From Gemmatimonadales bacterium (lineage in GTDB: Bacteria > Gemmatimonadota > Gemmatimonadetes > Gemmatimonadales > GWC2-71-9), in contig DASWEL010000002.1 of the NCBI GenBank assembly GCA_036394755.1, positions 73,166 to 137,165 of the forward strand: a stretch of 64,000 bases of DNA, given 5' to 3'. The notes below the pieces were generated by a model. The model searched no databases, was not told the origin of the DNA, and saw nothing but the letters and a program-made list of their open reading frames with translations. Position 1 is the stretch's first letter, and each line of letters opens with the position of its first letter. The translations under genes and the position numbers were made by a program. Positions 55,996 through 64,000 of this stretch are shown here, in pieces.

Positions 55996-58705
55996 GCTCC
56001 TGACTGGTGCGGCCGCTGTACTGCCCGTCGGGCGCCCTCGCCCGCTGCGAGCGCTCGGCAACCTGCGCTTCGATCTCGACGACCAGCGTCGCCTGTCGCT
56101 GTGGTACAACGGTCCCGATCGGTCCGTCCCGTTGCTGCGAAACGCAGCACTGGGCGTTTGGATCGGCGATACACTCGCCACCCTGGCTGACTTGGAAGAC
56201 GTCAGCGTGGGGAACCGCCGCCCACCCGGCGGCGAGTCCCTTGTGATCCGGGGACGAACCCCGGCTCCGGCAGGTGCCGCATCCGGCAGCGTTTGGATCG
56301 AGGCAGAGTTCTTTGCTCTGGACTCTGTTGCTCGCGGCGCGATCACCGTCAGCATCTATCCCGATCGCGTGCTTGCTACGATCCGCGGTATACGGTTCTT
56401 CGCAACTTCCGAGCCAGACTTCCTTCCCGGTCTTCCGGGTGACGGACCTCTCATTGCCCTCGTGAGCGGCTACCAGTCGTGGAGCGCGTGCCACGTAGCT
56501 TCGCTGCCTGCAGACGCGACTGGCTTTGGCGCGATCGGCGTAACTCGTGCAGGACGCGGCTTCGCCGCTGTGTGGGACCCCGGTGAGGCTGGGGAAGGCA
56601 AAGTGAGGCTTGCCGCTGATGGGAAGCTGGAGGCAGTCAGCGAATGGTCGCCCGCCCGTCCTGTGCGACCGGACGGCGACGTCGCGACGTTGCGGCTTGC
56701 CTACATGCCTGCGGGCGACGGCCTGGGGGCGCTGACCGCCGCCGCAACACCTCCGTCGTCCGTGGACCGCGAACGTGTCGCGGCGCTGTCGGTTCCCACC
56801 GGGTGGTCTTCGTGGTACGAACTCGGTGCCGATGTGACCGAAGGCGATATGCTGGCGAATATCGGCTTCTGCGGCGTGCACTTCGACCGCCGCTTCTTTC
56901 GCTACATCCTGCTCGACGACGGCTATCAGCGCGCCGCGGGCGATTGGGATACGAACAGCAAGTTTCCCCATGGCCACCGGTGGCTGACCGATCGCGTGCA
57001 TGCCGCGGGCTTTCAGGCAGGCCTGTGGGTGGCGCCCTTCGCGGTCGCCGAGCAATCGGACATCGCGAGAGCGAATCCATCCTGGCTCCTCAAGGGGCCC
57101 CTCCCGGCGCCCGACGGGACTCCCCTTGTCGTGGATACGCGCGAGCGTTGGGGCGGCCGGATTGTCGCCCTCGATGGCGCGCACCCCGGCGTCCAGCAAT
57201 GGCTGTACGATCTCGCACGCCGCGTCGTGCGCGACTGGGGCTACGACTATCTCAAGATCGATTTTCTCGAATGGGCGACAGGCGGCGTGACCCACTACGG
57301 CGGCCTGACCCGCGCCGAAGCCTACCGCGGCGGACTCACTGCGCTGCGCGCAGGACTTGGCACGGAGGCCTTTCTGCTCGGGTGTGGGGCGCCATTGCAG
57401 CATGCGGCCGGCCTGGTGGACGGAATGCGGATCGGCGACGACGTGGACGCGAGCTGGAACGGCATTCAATCACCGGCGCGGGCTACGGCGCTGCGCAGCT
57501 TCTATCACCGATCCGTCTGGCTCAACGACCCCGATTGCCTTGTCGTGCGGCCGCCCCTCACTCTCGAGGAAGCGCGCGTGTGGGCCTCCGTGGTCGCGAT
57601 GTCTGGAGGGATGAGCATCTTCTCGGACAATCTTCCCAAGCTGCCGGCTGAGCGGTTGCCAATTTTGCAGAAGACAATTCCCGTCGCCGCCCAGACGACG
57701 ACTCCGGCGCGTCCCGCTGGAACGCAGAGTGACGAGCCCGAGATTGCCCCGGCGATCACCGCCGGCAAGACGATCGTCCGTCTGCGTGGGCCGTGGCGTC
57801 TTCGTACGGGCGACGACGTACGATACGGGTCACGCGACTACGATGACGAAACGTGGGAGATGATCGCTGTCCCGCTGACCTGGGAGCAATCCGGTCATCC
57901 CGACTACGATGGCTCGGCCTGGTATCGCACACACTTCACCGTGCCGTCCGCCCCCACCCCTCCCGACGAGGTGCGGCTCGATCTCGGCAAGGTGGATGAT
58001 GTCGACGAGACATTCATCAACGGCATCAAGGTCGGGGGCACCAGCGGCTGGCGCAGCTACCGCCAATACGCCGTCCCGGCGGCCGCGCTCAACTGGGGCG
58101 GGGACAATGTTCTTGCCGTGCACGTCACCGATACCGGTGGTCCCGGAGGGCTGTGGAGCGTCACACGCGACCGGCCGGCATCCACATGGATTGTCGAAGG
58201 CGCTCCCCGCTGGTGGACGCTCGCGCTGGTGAATTGGGAGGAAGAGCCGCGCACCGTTGTGCAGAGCCTGGCGGCGTTGGGGATTGCCGGTACCCGCTTT
58301 GTCGTCTACGACGTCTGGGCAGAGCGGCCGATGACTGATGTCTCACAGACACTCGGCGCCACGATAGCGCCACACTCCGCCCTGGTCGTGGCATTGCGGC
58401 CAAGTGTCACGCGGCCGCAGATCATCGGCTCGACGCGGCACGTCGTGCAGGGCACGATCGACATTCGCGAGGACCGGTGGGACGTCAGGACGCGCACGCT
58501 CTACGCGAAGTCGGTGAATCTCGACGGCCGCCCATACGCCGTCACCATCGCGGTCCCTCGCGGAATGCGCGTCAGAGCGTGCAAGTCAGACGTCGCATGC
58601 ACGGTGAAGCGGCTCGCCAGCGGACACGGCGTGGTGGAATGGCCGGCCGGGACTGGGGCGGATGTCGAGTGGTCCGTGACCTTCAGATCGAGCGCGAGGC
58701 GCTAG
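55976..58705 (+). CDS. Tat-secreted alpha-galactosidase-like glycoside hydrolase (clan GH-D) with C-terminal GH2-type sugar-binding jelly-roll
   Basis: MDRRTFMLLTGAAAV twin-arginine signal; ...ILLDDGYQRAAGDWD...YDYLKIDFLE...RIGDDV...WLNDPDCLVV...; C-terminal ...WEMIAVPLTWEQSGHPDYDGSAWYRTHF... Confidence 0.75.
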   Translation: MDRRTFMLLTGAAAVLPVGRPRPLRALGNLRFDLDDQRRLSLWYNGPDRSVPLLRNAALGVWIGDTLATLADLEDVSVGNRRPPGGESLVIRGRTPAPAGAASGSVWIEAEFFALDSVARGAITVSIYPDRVLATIRGIRFFATSEPDFLPGLPGDGPLIALVSGYQSWSACHVASLPADATGFGAIGVTRAGRGFAAVWDPGEAGEGKVRLAADGKLEAVSEWSPARPVRPDGDVATLRLAYMPAGDGLGALTAAATPPSSVDRERVAALSVPTGWSSWYELGADVTEGDMLANIGFCGVHFDRRFFRYILLDDGYQRAAGDWDTNSKFPHGHRWLTDRVHAAGFQAGLWVAPFAVAEQSDIARANPSWLLKGPLPAPDGTPLVVDTRERWGGRIVALDGAHPGVQQWLYDLARRVVRDWGYDYLKIDFLEWATGGVTHYGGLTRAEAYRGGLTALRAGLGTEAFLLGCGAPLQHAAGLVDGMRIGDDVDASWNGIQSPARATALRSFYHRSVWLNDPDCLVVRPPLTLEEARVWASVVAMSGGMSIFSDNLPKLPAERLPILQKTIPVAAQTTTPARPAGTQSDEPEIAPAITAGKTIVRLRGPWRLRTGDDVRYGSRDYDDETWEMIAVPLTWEQSGHPDYDGSAWYRTHFTVPSAPTPPDEVRLDLGKVDDVDETFINGIKVGGTSGWRSYRQYAVPAAALNWGGDNVLAVHVTDTGGPGGLWSVTRDRPASTWIVEGAPRWWTLALVNWEEEPRTVVQSLAALGIAGTRFVVYDVWAERPMTDVSQTLGATIAPHSALVVALRPSVTRPQIIGSTRHVVQGTIDIREDRWDVRTRTLYAKSVNLDGRPYAVTIAVPRGMRVRACKSDVACTVKRLASGHGVVEWPAGTGADVEWSVTFRSSARR

Positions 58706-59505
58706 AGACGCACCTGCGCACCGCTGAAACGCGCTCCTTGTGTCACGTAACGCTGCGCCAAGAGGCACACCACAAGGACAGGCAACGTCACCAGGACCGC
58801 GGCCGCCATCTGATACGGCCAATTGGCGGCGTACGCGGTGTGAAAGTGCGTCAGCGCCACCTCCGCGACTTCCATTCTGGCGGTACGCGTGACGACCAGC
58901 GGCCACAGGAAGTTGCGCCACTGGTCCGTAAACGCGAGCACCGCCACAGCGGCCACCGCCGGTCTCGCGAGCGGCAGCGCGACGCGCCAGAAGAGGGTCC
59001 ACTCCCCCGCTCCGTCCAACCGGGCGGCATCCTCCACGTCACGGGGCAGCATGATGAACGTTTGCCGCATCAGGAAGATGCCCCACACCGACACCAGCTC
59101 CGTCGAGATCAAGCCGGGATAGGTGTCGACCCAGCCCAGAGCGTCGATCATCAGATAGCGAGGAATCAGGAGCAAGATCGCCGGGATGGCCAACATCGCG
59201 AGCAACGTGGTCCAGATCCCGTCGCGACCTGGGAAGCGCAGCCGCGCGAGCGCATATCCCGCCGTCGCGCTCGTGAGCACTTGGCCGATCATGACACAGC
59301 CGGCGAGGATTGCCGTGTTCACAAGGACCCGAGTGTAGGGCAACGCCTCGAGTGCCGCGGCGTAGTTACCAGTCGTAGGCGACGCGGGAAGCAATGGCGG
59401 TGGCCAGCGCAGGAGCTCACCCTCGCCCATGAACGAGACCGAGATCATATAGAGGAAGGGAGCGACCATGAGGACACCCACCGCGGCAAGCAGGAGCCTA
59501 CGCAT
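58702..59505 (-). CDS. Carbohydrate ABC transporter permease (MalG-like)
   Basis: 267 aa, 6 TM, EAA loop ...DVEDAARLDGAGEWTLFWRVALPLA... Confidence 0.85.
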   Translation of the reverse strand: MRRLLLAAVGVLMVAPFLYMISVSFMGEGELLRWPPPLLPASPTTGNYAAALEALPYTRVLVNTAILAGCVMIGQVLTSATAGYALARLRFPGRDGIWTTLLAMLAIPAILLLIPRYLMIDALGWVDTYPGLISTELVSVWGIFLMRQTFIMLPRDVEDAARLDGAGEWTLFWRVALPLARPAVAAVAVLAFTDQWRNFLWPLVVTRTARMEVAEVALTHFHTAYAANWPYQMAAAVLVTLPVLVVCLLAQRYVTQGARFSGAQVRL

Positions 59506-61357
59506 GTCGCGCCTGCCTCCGCAGCAGCGCGAGCTGCGGCCATCTGAAGACCAAAAGGACCACAGCGAGCATCAGAGCCAGCGCGCTCGCCATGCCAAAC
59601 GCCTGCGGTCCAAATGCGGTCCGGTAGATGCGATGGACCACGACGTCGGTCGCGTGCAACGGCGATGGGCCGCCCTGGGTGAGCACGAACACGAGCGTGA
59701 ACATTTGCAGCGCGCTGATCACGCCGGTCAGAAACACAAACCAGGTCACGGGTCGGAGCAACGGGAGTGTGACGCGCCGAAAGCGGCGCCACGCCCCCGC
59801 GCCGTCGACCAGCGCCGCATCGAAGTACGCTTGCGGGATCACGTCGAGGCCGGCGAGGAACACCAGCATCTGACCGCCCACGTGCACCCAGATGGACACC
59901 AGCATCAATGCGAGGAGCGCCGTGTTCGGATTGCTCAGCCAGTCTGCACGCCCCAGCCCCAGCGAACCGGCGCCATAGATCGCCTGCCACAGCAAGGCGG
60001 CGGCGACGACCGAGGAGACATACGGCAGCAGGAACGCCGCGCGGTAGAGGCGGCTCCCCTTCCGCTTGTACCGGTGCACTGCCAGGGCCGCGCCGAGCGC
60101 GAGCGCAACCGATATCGGCACGTACAAGGTGTAGGCCCCGCTCGTGACAAACGAATTCCAGGTCAACGGATCGCGCAGCAGCGCGCGGAAGTCTGCCAGG
60201 GTCGCCAGATAGATCGCGTAGATCGCGGGACCAATCGTGAAGATCATCAGGTGCAACGCGGCGGGTGCGAGAAACCCCCACGCAAGCGCAGTTTCACGCC
60301 GGTTGCGCGCCGGCGTGCGCTCGGCCCAGCGCAGCGCCCCGATCGCCATCGGCCCCAGCAAGGCACAAGGCACCAGCAGGATCAGCCATGTGGACGCTTC
60401 GGCCTCGGCGGGCACCGAGCGCAGCTCGATCCAGCGGCCCGACCCGATCAACACCGCCACGACGGCACGCAGCTCACCGTCGATCCGCACGCGGCGCGGC
60501 GCGGACTCCCCCGGCTCGCCGGCGACGATTTCTCCACCGCGGACCATGGACGCCAGATCAGTGATCGCGACGCGCGTGCGCGGTGGCGGCAGTCGCGTCG
60601 CCGCCTCTTGCAGCAGGCGGCGCGTGTCGACCAGCCAACGGTCTGTGCTCTGGCGCGCCGCCGCGCGCACGTCGAGATAGCCCGCGAGCGCGAGCAGCAG
60701 CGCTGCGCCGACATAGCCGCCACGTCGCAGCGAGTGCTCTCGGAACGCGATCGTGGCGGCCGCGCCAACGGCAAGGATCGCGGCGGGGAAAACGAATCCG
60801 AAGCCGCCGGGGAGCGGACCGTGCGGTGCGGGTCGCGGCTGTACGGCAACGGCGCCCACGACCTCCTGTCCGTCGCGGTCCTTCACCGGGACAAGCGCGA
60901 CGCCGTTGCGCCAGCGTCCACCGGCAGCAAGGTGCTGCAGATCGTCAGGAGAAAGCGGCGGTGCGGTCGCATCCACGAGCGGCGCAGTCCCGAAGTACAC
61001 CTCCACATCTGAGGACCAGCCGGGCAGCGTGCTCAGCGCGCGGGCCTGCGTCAGCAACGACGGCAAGTCATAGCTGCGGGCAGCGGACGAGAGAGAGGAA
61101 GGCGCCGGTGGAGGTTGCGGTGGCGGAGTCTGGCGGCGGCCGCGGAGTCCCGCTCGTCGACGTGGCGGCGGCGGTGGGGGCGCGGGCGGGGGCGGGGGAG
61201 GCGTGACCGCGGCGATGTAGGCCGCTGTCGTCCCGGCCATGCGAAACGCGAACGCCCGCTCGTAGCGCCGTTGCGCCGTCGTGACCACGATGAGGACCAG
61301 AGCGGCGGCGACGGTCGCGGCGGCCGACGCACCAACGGCCCAGACCCGCGAATTCAC
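59498..61357 (-). CDS. Carbohydrate ABC transporter permease (MalF-like) with ~330-aa N-terminal extension
   Basis: C-terminal ~290 aa canonical (...YFDAALVDGAGAWRRFRRVTLPLL...); the N-terminus adds TM helices, a Pro-rich tract and two soluble segments; high GC3 throughout; GTG overlaps ATPase stop (GTGA). Confidence 0.75.
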   Translation of the reverse strand: MNSRVWAVGASAAATVAAALVLIVVTTAQRRYERAFAFRMAGTTAAYIAAVTPPPPPPAPPPPPPRRRAGLRGRRQTPPPQPPPAPSSLSSAARSYDLPSLLTQARALSTLPGWSSDVEVYFGTAPLVDATAPPLSPDDLQHLAAGGRWRNGVALVPVKDRDGQEVVGAVAVQPRPAPHGPLPGGFGFVFPAAILAVGAAATIAFREHSLRRGGYVGAALLLALAGYLDVRAAARQSTDRWLVDTRRLLQEAATRLPPPRTRVAITDLASMVRGGEIVAGEPGESAPRRVRIDGELRAVVAVLIGSGRWIELRSVPAEAEASTWLILLVPCALLGPMAIGALRWAERTPARNRRETALAWGFLAPAALHLMIFTIGPAIYAIYLATLADFRALLRDPLTWNSFVTSGAYTLYVPISVALALGAALAVHRYKRKGSRLYRAAFLLPYVSSVVAAALLWQAIYGAGSLGLGRADWLSNPNTALLALMLVSIWVHVGGQMLVFLAGLDVIPQAYFDAALVDGAGAWRRFRRVTLPLLRPVTWFVFLTGVISALQMFTLVFVLTQGGPSPLHATDVVVHRIYRTAFGPQAFGMASALALMLAVVLLVFRWPQLALLRRQARHA

Positions 61358-62421
61358 GCGAGCGGCGCTCCCGCGGCATCGAAGAGATACAGTCGGCGTC
61401 GATCCACTTTGACGCCCACACGGGTCCCGACGCGTACGTCGGCGAAGCCGGGCAGGCGCGCGACCAGGGGTTGGCCACCCGTATTCAGGTGCACCAGCGT
61501 TTCGCTCCCGAGCGGCTCGACGACCAGGACGTCTGCGTTACCGACGCCTTTGTCGACCGCGCAGAGATCCACGAACTCGGGACGAATGCCGACCTGGAGT
61601 TCCCCCTCGTAGCTCGACAGCTCGATCGGAATCGACAGGCTACCCGCTTCGATGACCCGTTCCCCTTCCCCCGTCCCCCTTCCCCGTCCGTGGAGCACAT
61701 TCATCCCCGGCGTGCCGACGAAACGCGCGACGTGCACGTCGGCGGGACGCTGGTAGACCTCTTCCGGCGTTCCGACTTGGCGCAGCCGCCCTTCATGCAG
61801 CACCGCGATGCGCTGACCCATGGTCATCGCCTCGGTCTGATCGTGCGTCACATAGATCATCGTGGCGCCGAGGGCACGATGCAGCGCCAGCAGCTCGCCA
61901 CGCAGCTCGATCCGGAGTGTCGCGTCCAGCCGCGACAGCGGCTCGTCAAAGAGAAATGCCTGCGGACCGCGCACGATGGCGCGGCCCAGCGCCGCGCGCT
62001 GGCGTTCCCCCTCCGACAGCTTCTCCGGCGCGCGGTCGAGCACCGCTTGGAGTCCCAGACGCGCTACCGCCTCGAGCACGCGACGGGCGATCTGCGCATC
62101 CGACACGCCGCGCATCTCGAGCGGGAAGGCGATGTTTTCCCGGACCGTGAGATGGGGATACAGCGCGGGGCTTTGAAACACCATCGCGACGTCGCGGTCC
62201 GCGGGCGGGGCGTGCGTCACGATGCGCTCGCCGATCACGACGTCACCGGTAGTGGGCTCTTCTAACCCGGCGATGCAGCGGAGCACGGTCGTCTTGCCGG
62301 ATCCGGACGGGCCGAGGAGCACGAGCAGCTCCCCGTCCCGCACGTCGAGATCGAGGGGGTGCAACGCCTGGACGCCGCCGTCGAAGACCTTGCTCAGCCG
62401 GCGGAGCGTGACCGACGCCAT
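61354..62421 (-). CDS. ABC transporter ATP-binding protein (MalK/UgpC-like)
   Basis: Walker A GPSGSGKTT, LSEGERQRAAL, Walker B FLFDEPLS, C-terminal TOBE-like domain. Confidence 0.9.
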   Translation of the reverse strand: MASVTLRRLSKVFDGGVQALHPLDLDVRDGELLVLLGPSGSGKTTVLRCIAGLEEPTTGDVVIGERIVTHAPPADRDVAMVFQSPALYPHLTVRENIAFPLEMRGVSDAQIARRVLEAVARLGLQAVLDRAPEKLSEGERQRAALGRAIVRGPQAFLFDEPLSRLDATLRIELRGELLALHRALGATMIYVTHDQTEAMTMGQRIAVLHEGRLRQVGTPEEVYQRPADVHVARFVGTPGMNVLHGRGRGTGEGERVIEAGSLSIPIELSSYEGELQVGIRPEFVDLCAVDKGVGNADVLVVEPLGSETLVHLNTGGQPLVARLPGFADVRVGTRVGVKVDRRRLYLFDAAGAPLA

Positions 62422-62432
62422 CCGTTATGCCG

Positions 62433-63125
62433 TCAGGGCGATAGGAACGCCCGCGCGAGCCCGTACACGACGGCCCACACGACGAAGCCCGTCACGATCA
62501 CACCGGGGATCTTCTCGATCGGTTTCGTGGTCGCTCCGGTGGTCGCCGTCAGGGAGTTGATCTCGAGGAGCGCTGCCACGACAAGGACGCTCGCCCAATA
62601 CGCGGCGTGATTGCCGCCTCCCGGCAGCGTGAAGTGTGACGCCGCGCCCATGTAGAACAGCATCGGGATCGAGAAGACGACGTTGGTGCGCGACGCGAGG
62701 AATGCGCGCCGCGCCGCCACCGGCGCCGCTGCGTTCGCCTGGCCACCCGACGCGGCCGCCTTCGCCGAAGCGATCACGATCTGCTGTTTGGGCCAGATGA
62801 CGAGAACGACGTTCAAGAACATCAGCGTGCCGAAGAGCGCACCGGTGAGAATCGTGATGGCCCACGGCGTCGACCAGCCGGCGGCGCCGAGCGGCGATTC
62901 GCCGATGCGCTTCCCGATGATCGCGATACCGGTGAGGAACGTCAGGATCGCACCGCCGCGAAACCAGCGCAGAGCACGCGGCAGCAACTTTTGCGTCGCG
63001 GTGCTTTTTGCACCGGGGTCCGCCTCGGCCATAAACGGCCCCTGCACGAAATTGAAGTAGTACAGGAGGCCGATCCACGTAATGCCGCCCAGATAATGCA
63101 GCCAGCGCAGCAGAAACTCCGCCAC
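62433..63125 (-). CDS. Integral membrane protein, COG3748/PuuD-N-terminal-like by eye
   Basis: (V)[27 protein letters not shown]...; GTG 63123-63125 with GGAGG 5 nt upstream; the track ORF extends a further 98 codons. Confidence 0.55.
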   Translation of the reverse strand: MAEFLLRWLHYLGGITWIGLLYYFNFVQGPFMAEADPGAKSTATQKLLPRALRWFRGGAILTFLTGIAIIGKRIGESPLGAAGWSTPWAITILTGALFGTLMFLNVVLVIWPKQQIVIASAKAAASGGQANAAAPVAARRAFLASRTNVVFSIPMLFYMGAASHFTLPGGGNHAAYWASVLVVAALLEINSLTATTGATTKPIEKIPGVIVTGFVVWAVVYGLARAFLSP

Positions 63126-63236
63126 GAGCGCCTCCGGTTGAGGGAGAGGACAGACGTCCGCGGACGCCAAGATATGGAGGGAACCGTGCCGCGCAATGCG
63201 GGGTTTGAGACCCACACTCCTGAAGGATTGGACGCG

Positions 63237-63899
63237 ATGCCACCAGTCACAGAGCAGAATGCCGGCAGGGCGAGTACCGAAACGCGACATACGCTTCCCC
63301 CGCTGCCATACGACTTCGCGGCGCTCGAGCCGTATATCGACGCGCAGACGATGCAGATCCATCATGACAAGCATCATCAAGCCTATATCACAAACCTCAA
63401 CAACGCGCTGAACAAGCATCCCGAGCTGTTCGACAAGACCCTCGAGGAGCTGCTGCGCGGCATCAATTCAATCCCCGAAGACATCCGCACGACCGTTCGC
63501 AACAATGGCGGCGGACATCACAACCACTCGCTGTTCTGGACGATCATGGCACCCGCGGGCAACGGCGGTGGCGGCGAACCGAGCGGCACGCTCGCCGACG
63601 CCATCAAGCGGACGTTCGGCGAGTTCGCGAAACTCAAGGAGCAGCTCTCCAACGCCGCGACGACCCACTTCGGCAGCGGCTGGGGGTGGCTCACGGTCGC
63701 GAACGGTAAGCTCGAGATCGGCAGCCGGCCGAATCAGGACAGCCCCGTCATGGACGGCAAGGTCCCGATCCTCGGCGTCGATGTGTGGGAGCACGCCTAC
63801 TACCTCAAATACCAGAACCGCCGGCCGGACTACGTGACGGCCTGGTGGAACGTGGTGAACTGGGAGGAAGTGGCGCGCCGGTACGCAGCGGCCCTATAG
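63237..63899 (+). CDS. Fe/Mn superoxide dismutase
   Basis: ...[31 protein letters not shown]...[20 protein letters not shown]... Confidence 0.9.
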   Translation: MPPVTEQNAGRASTETRHTLPPLPYDFAALEPYIDAQTMQIHHDKHHQAYITNLNNALNKHPELFDKTLEELLRGINSIPEDIRTTVRNNGGGHHNHSLFWTIMAPAGNGGGGEPSGTLADAIKRTFGEFAKLKEQLSNAATTHFGSGWGWLTVANGKLEIGSRPNQDSPVMDGKVPILGVDVWEHAYYLKYQNRRPDYVTAWWNVVNWEEVARRYAAAL

Positions 63900-64000
63900 G
63901 CGGTCCGCGAAAATTCGGTTCACCGTAGTGAGCAGCATCTCGAGGTCGACGGGCTTCGACAGCACATCTTCGACCTCGAGCTGAGCTCCAGACCACTCGC
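63894..64000 (-). CDS. C-terminal fragment of a receiver-domain protein (5' end outside the window)
   Basis: Frame gives ...[34 protein letters not shown], typical of receiver alpha4-beta5-alpha5 (K-P); its stop overlaps the SOD stop in CTATAG. Confidence 0.45.
   Translation of the reverse strand, partial: EWSGAQLEVEDVLSKPVDLEMLLTTVNRIFADRL

Noticed and set aside
55901-57469. Long antisense ORFs: 522 aa here, 514 aa at 59468..61012, 440 aa at 34981..36303, 399 aa at 6579..7778, 428 aa at 16004..17290, and others
   Set aside because: These are typical high-GC shadow ORFs opposite motif-bearing genes. They have Arg/Gly/His-rich composition, no recognisable domains and poorer third-position GC bias.
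62991-63236. 82-codon N-terminal extension of the SOD ORF, and 98-codon extension of the 62433..63419 ORF
   Set aside because: The two extensions overlap each other antisense. SOD homology begins just after ATG 63237, and the membrane protein has a GTG with a strong GGAGG at 63125.

Overview
The window is a very GC-rich, almost gap-free bacterial chromosomal segment. It holds about 70 protein genes and one tRNA, mostly on the minus strand, and many gene junctions overlap by 1-4 nt (GTGA, ATGA, TGATG). I saw no rRNA, CRISPR array, transposase, integrase or phage genes. All calls come from reading motifs by eye; no database search was possible. The lineage is not determinable here; the proteins look Gemmatimonadota- or Acidobacteriota-like, but that is only an impression.

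Gene content from left to right:
- rpmB, then the ribosomal alpha operon (rpmJ-rpsM-rpsK-rpsD-rpoA-rplQ).
- pyrF and pyrD, a cell-wall amidase, smpB and tRNA-Leu(CAG).
- MoeZ-like sulfurtransferase with an Rrf2 regulator, then aspA.
- A redox block: MBL hydrolase, trxB, DUF309, two SDRs, a Bcp peroxiredoxin and a PHP phosphoesterase.
- A 2-oxo-acid dehydrogenase E1alpha/E1beta/E2 set.
- A copper module (copZ, copA, cupredoxin), then the H+-pyrophosphatase.
- myo-inositol-1-phosphate synthase with a CDP-alcohol phosphatidyltransferase.
- A 1250-aa secreted S1 protease carrying seven CARDB-like repeats, followed by a stand-alone propeptide-like lipoprotein.
- A muropeptide-scavenging cluster: NamZ/DUF1343, NagZ/GH3, an AmiE-like protein, two SSS symporters and a BadF-type sugar kinase.
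- An APC permease.
- An exbB-exbD-exbD core with four TonB paralogues.
- A kinase-regulator-kinase two-component unit.
- A Tat-secreted alpha-galactosidase-like enzyme next to an ABC importer that has no binding-protein gene.
- An Fe/Mn superoxide dismutase.

Observations most worth follow-up:
1. The Bcp/PrxQ peroxiredoxin has an in-frame TGA exactly at the catalytic-Cys codon, making it a candidate selenoprotein.
2. Two divergent gene pairs have overlapping start codons. One pair shares the 12-bp palindrome ATGCGCGCGCAT, which encodes MRAH on both strands.
3. The giant protease is translationally coupled to an orphan copy of its own pro-domain.
4. A conserved 25-nt motif lies upstream of two TonB operons.
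5. A cysteine-rich micro-ORF is hidden under a mis-extended membrane-protein ORF.
6. The inositol-lipid gene pair.
7. An ABC permease carries a roughly 330-aa N-terminal extension.
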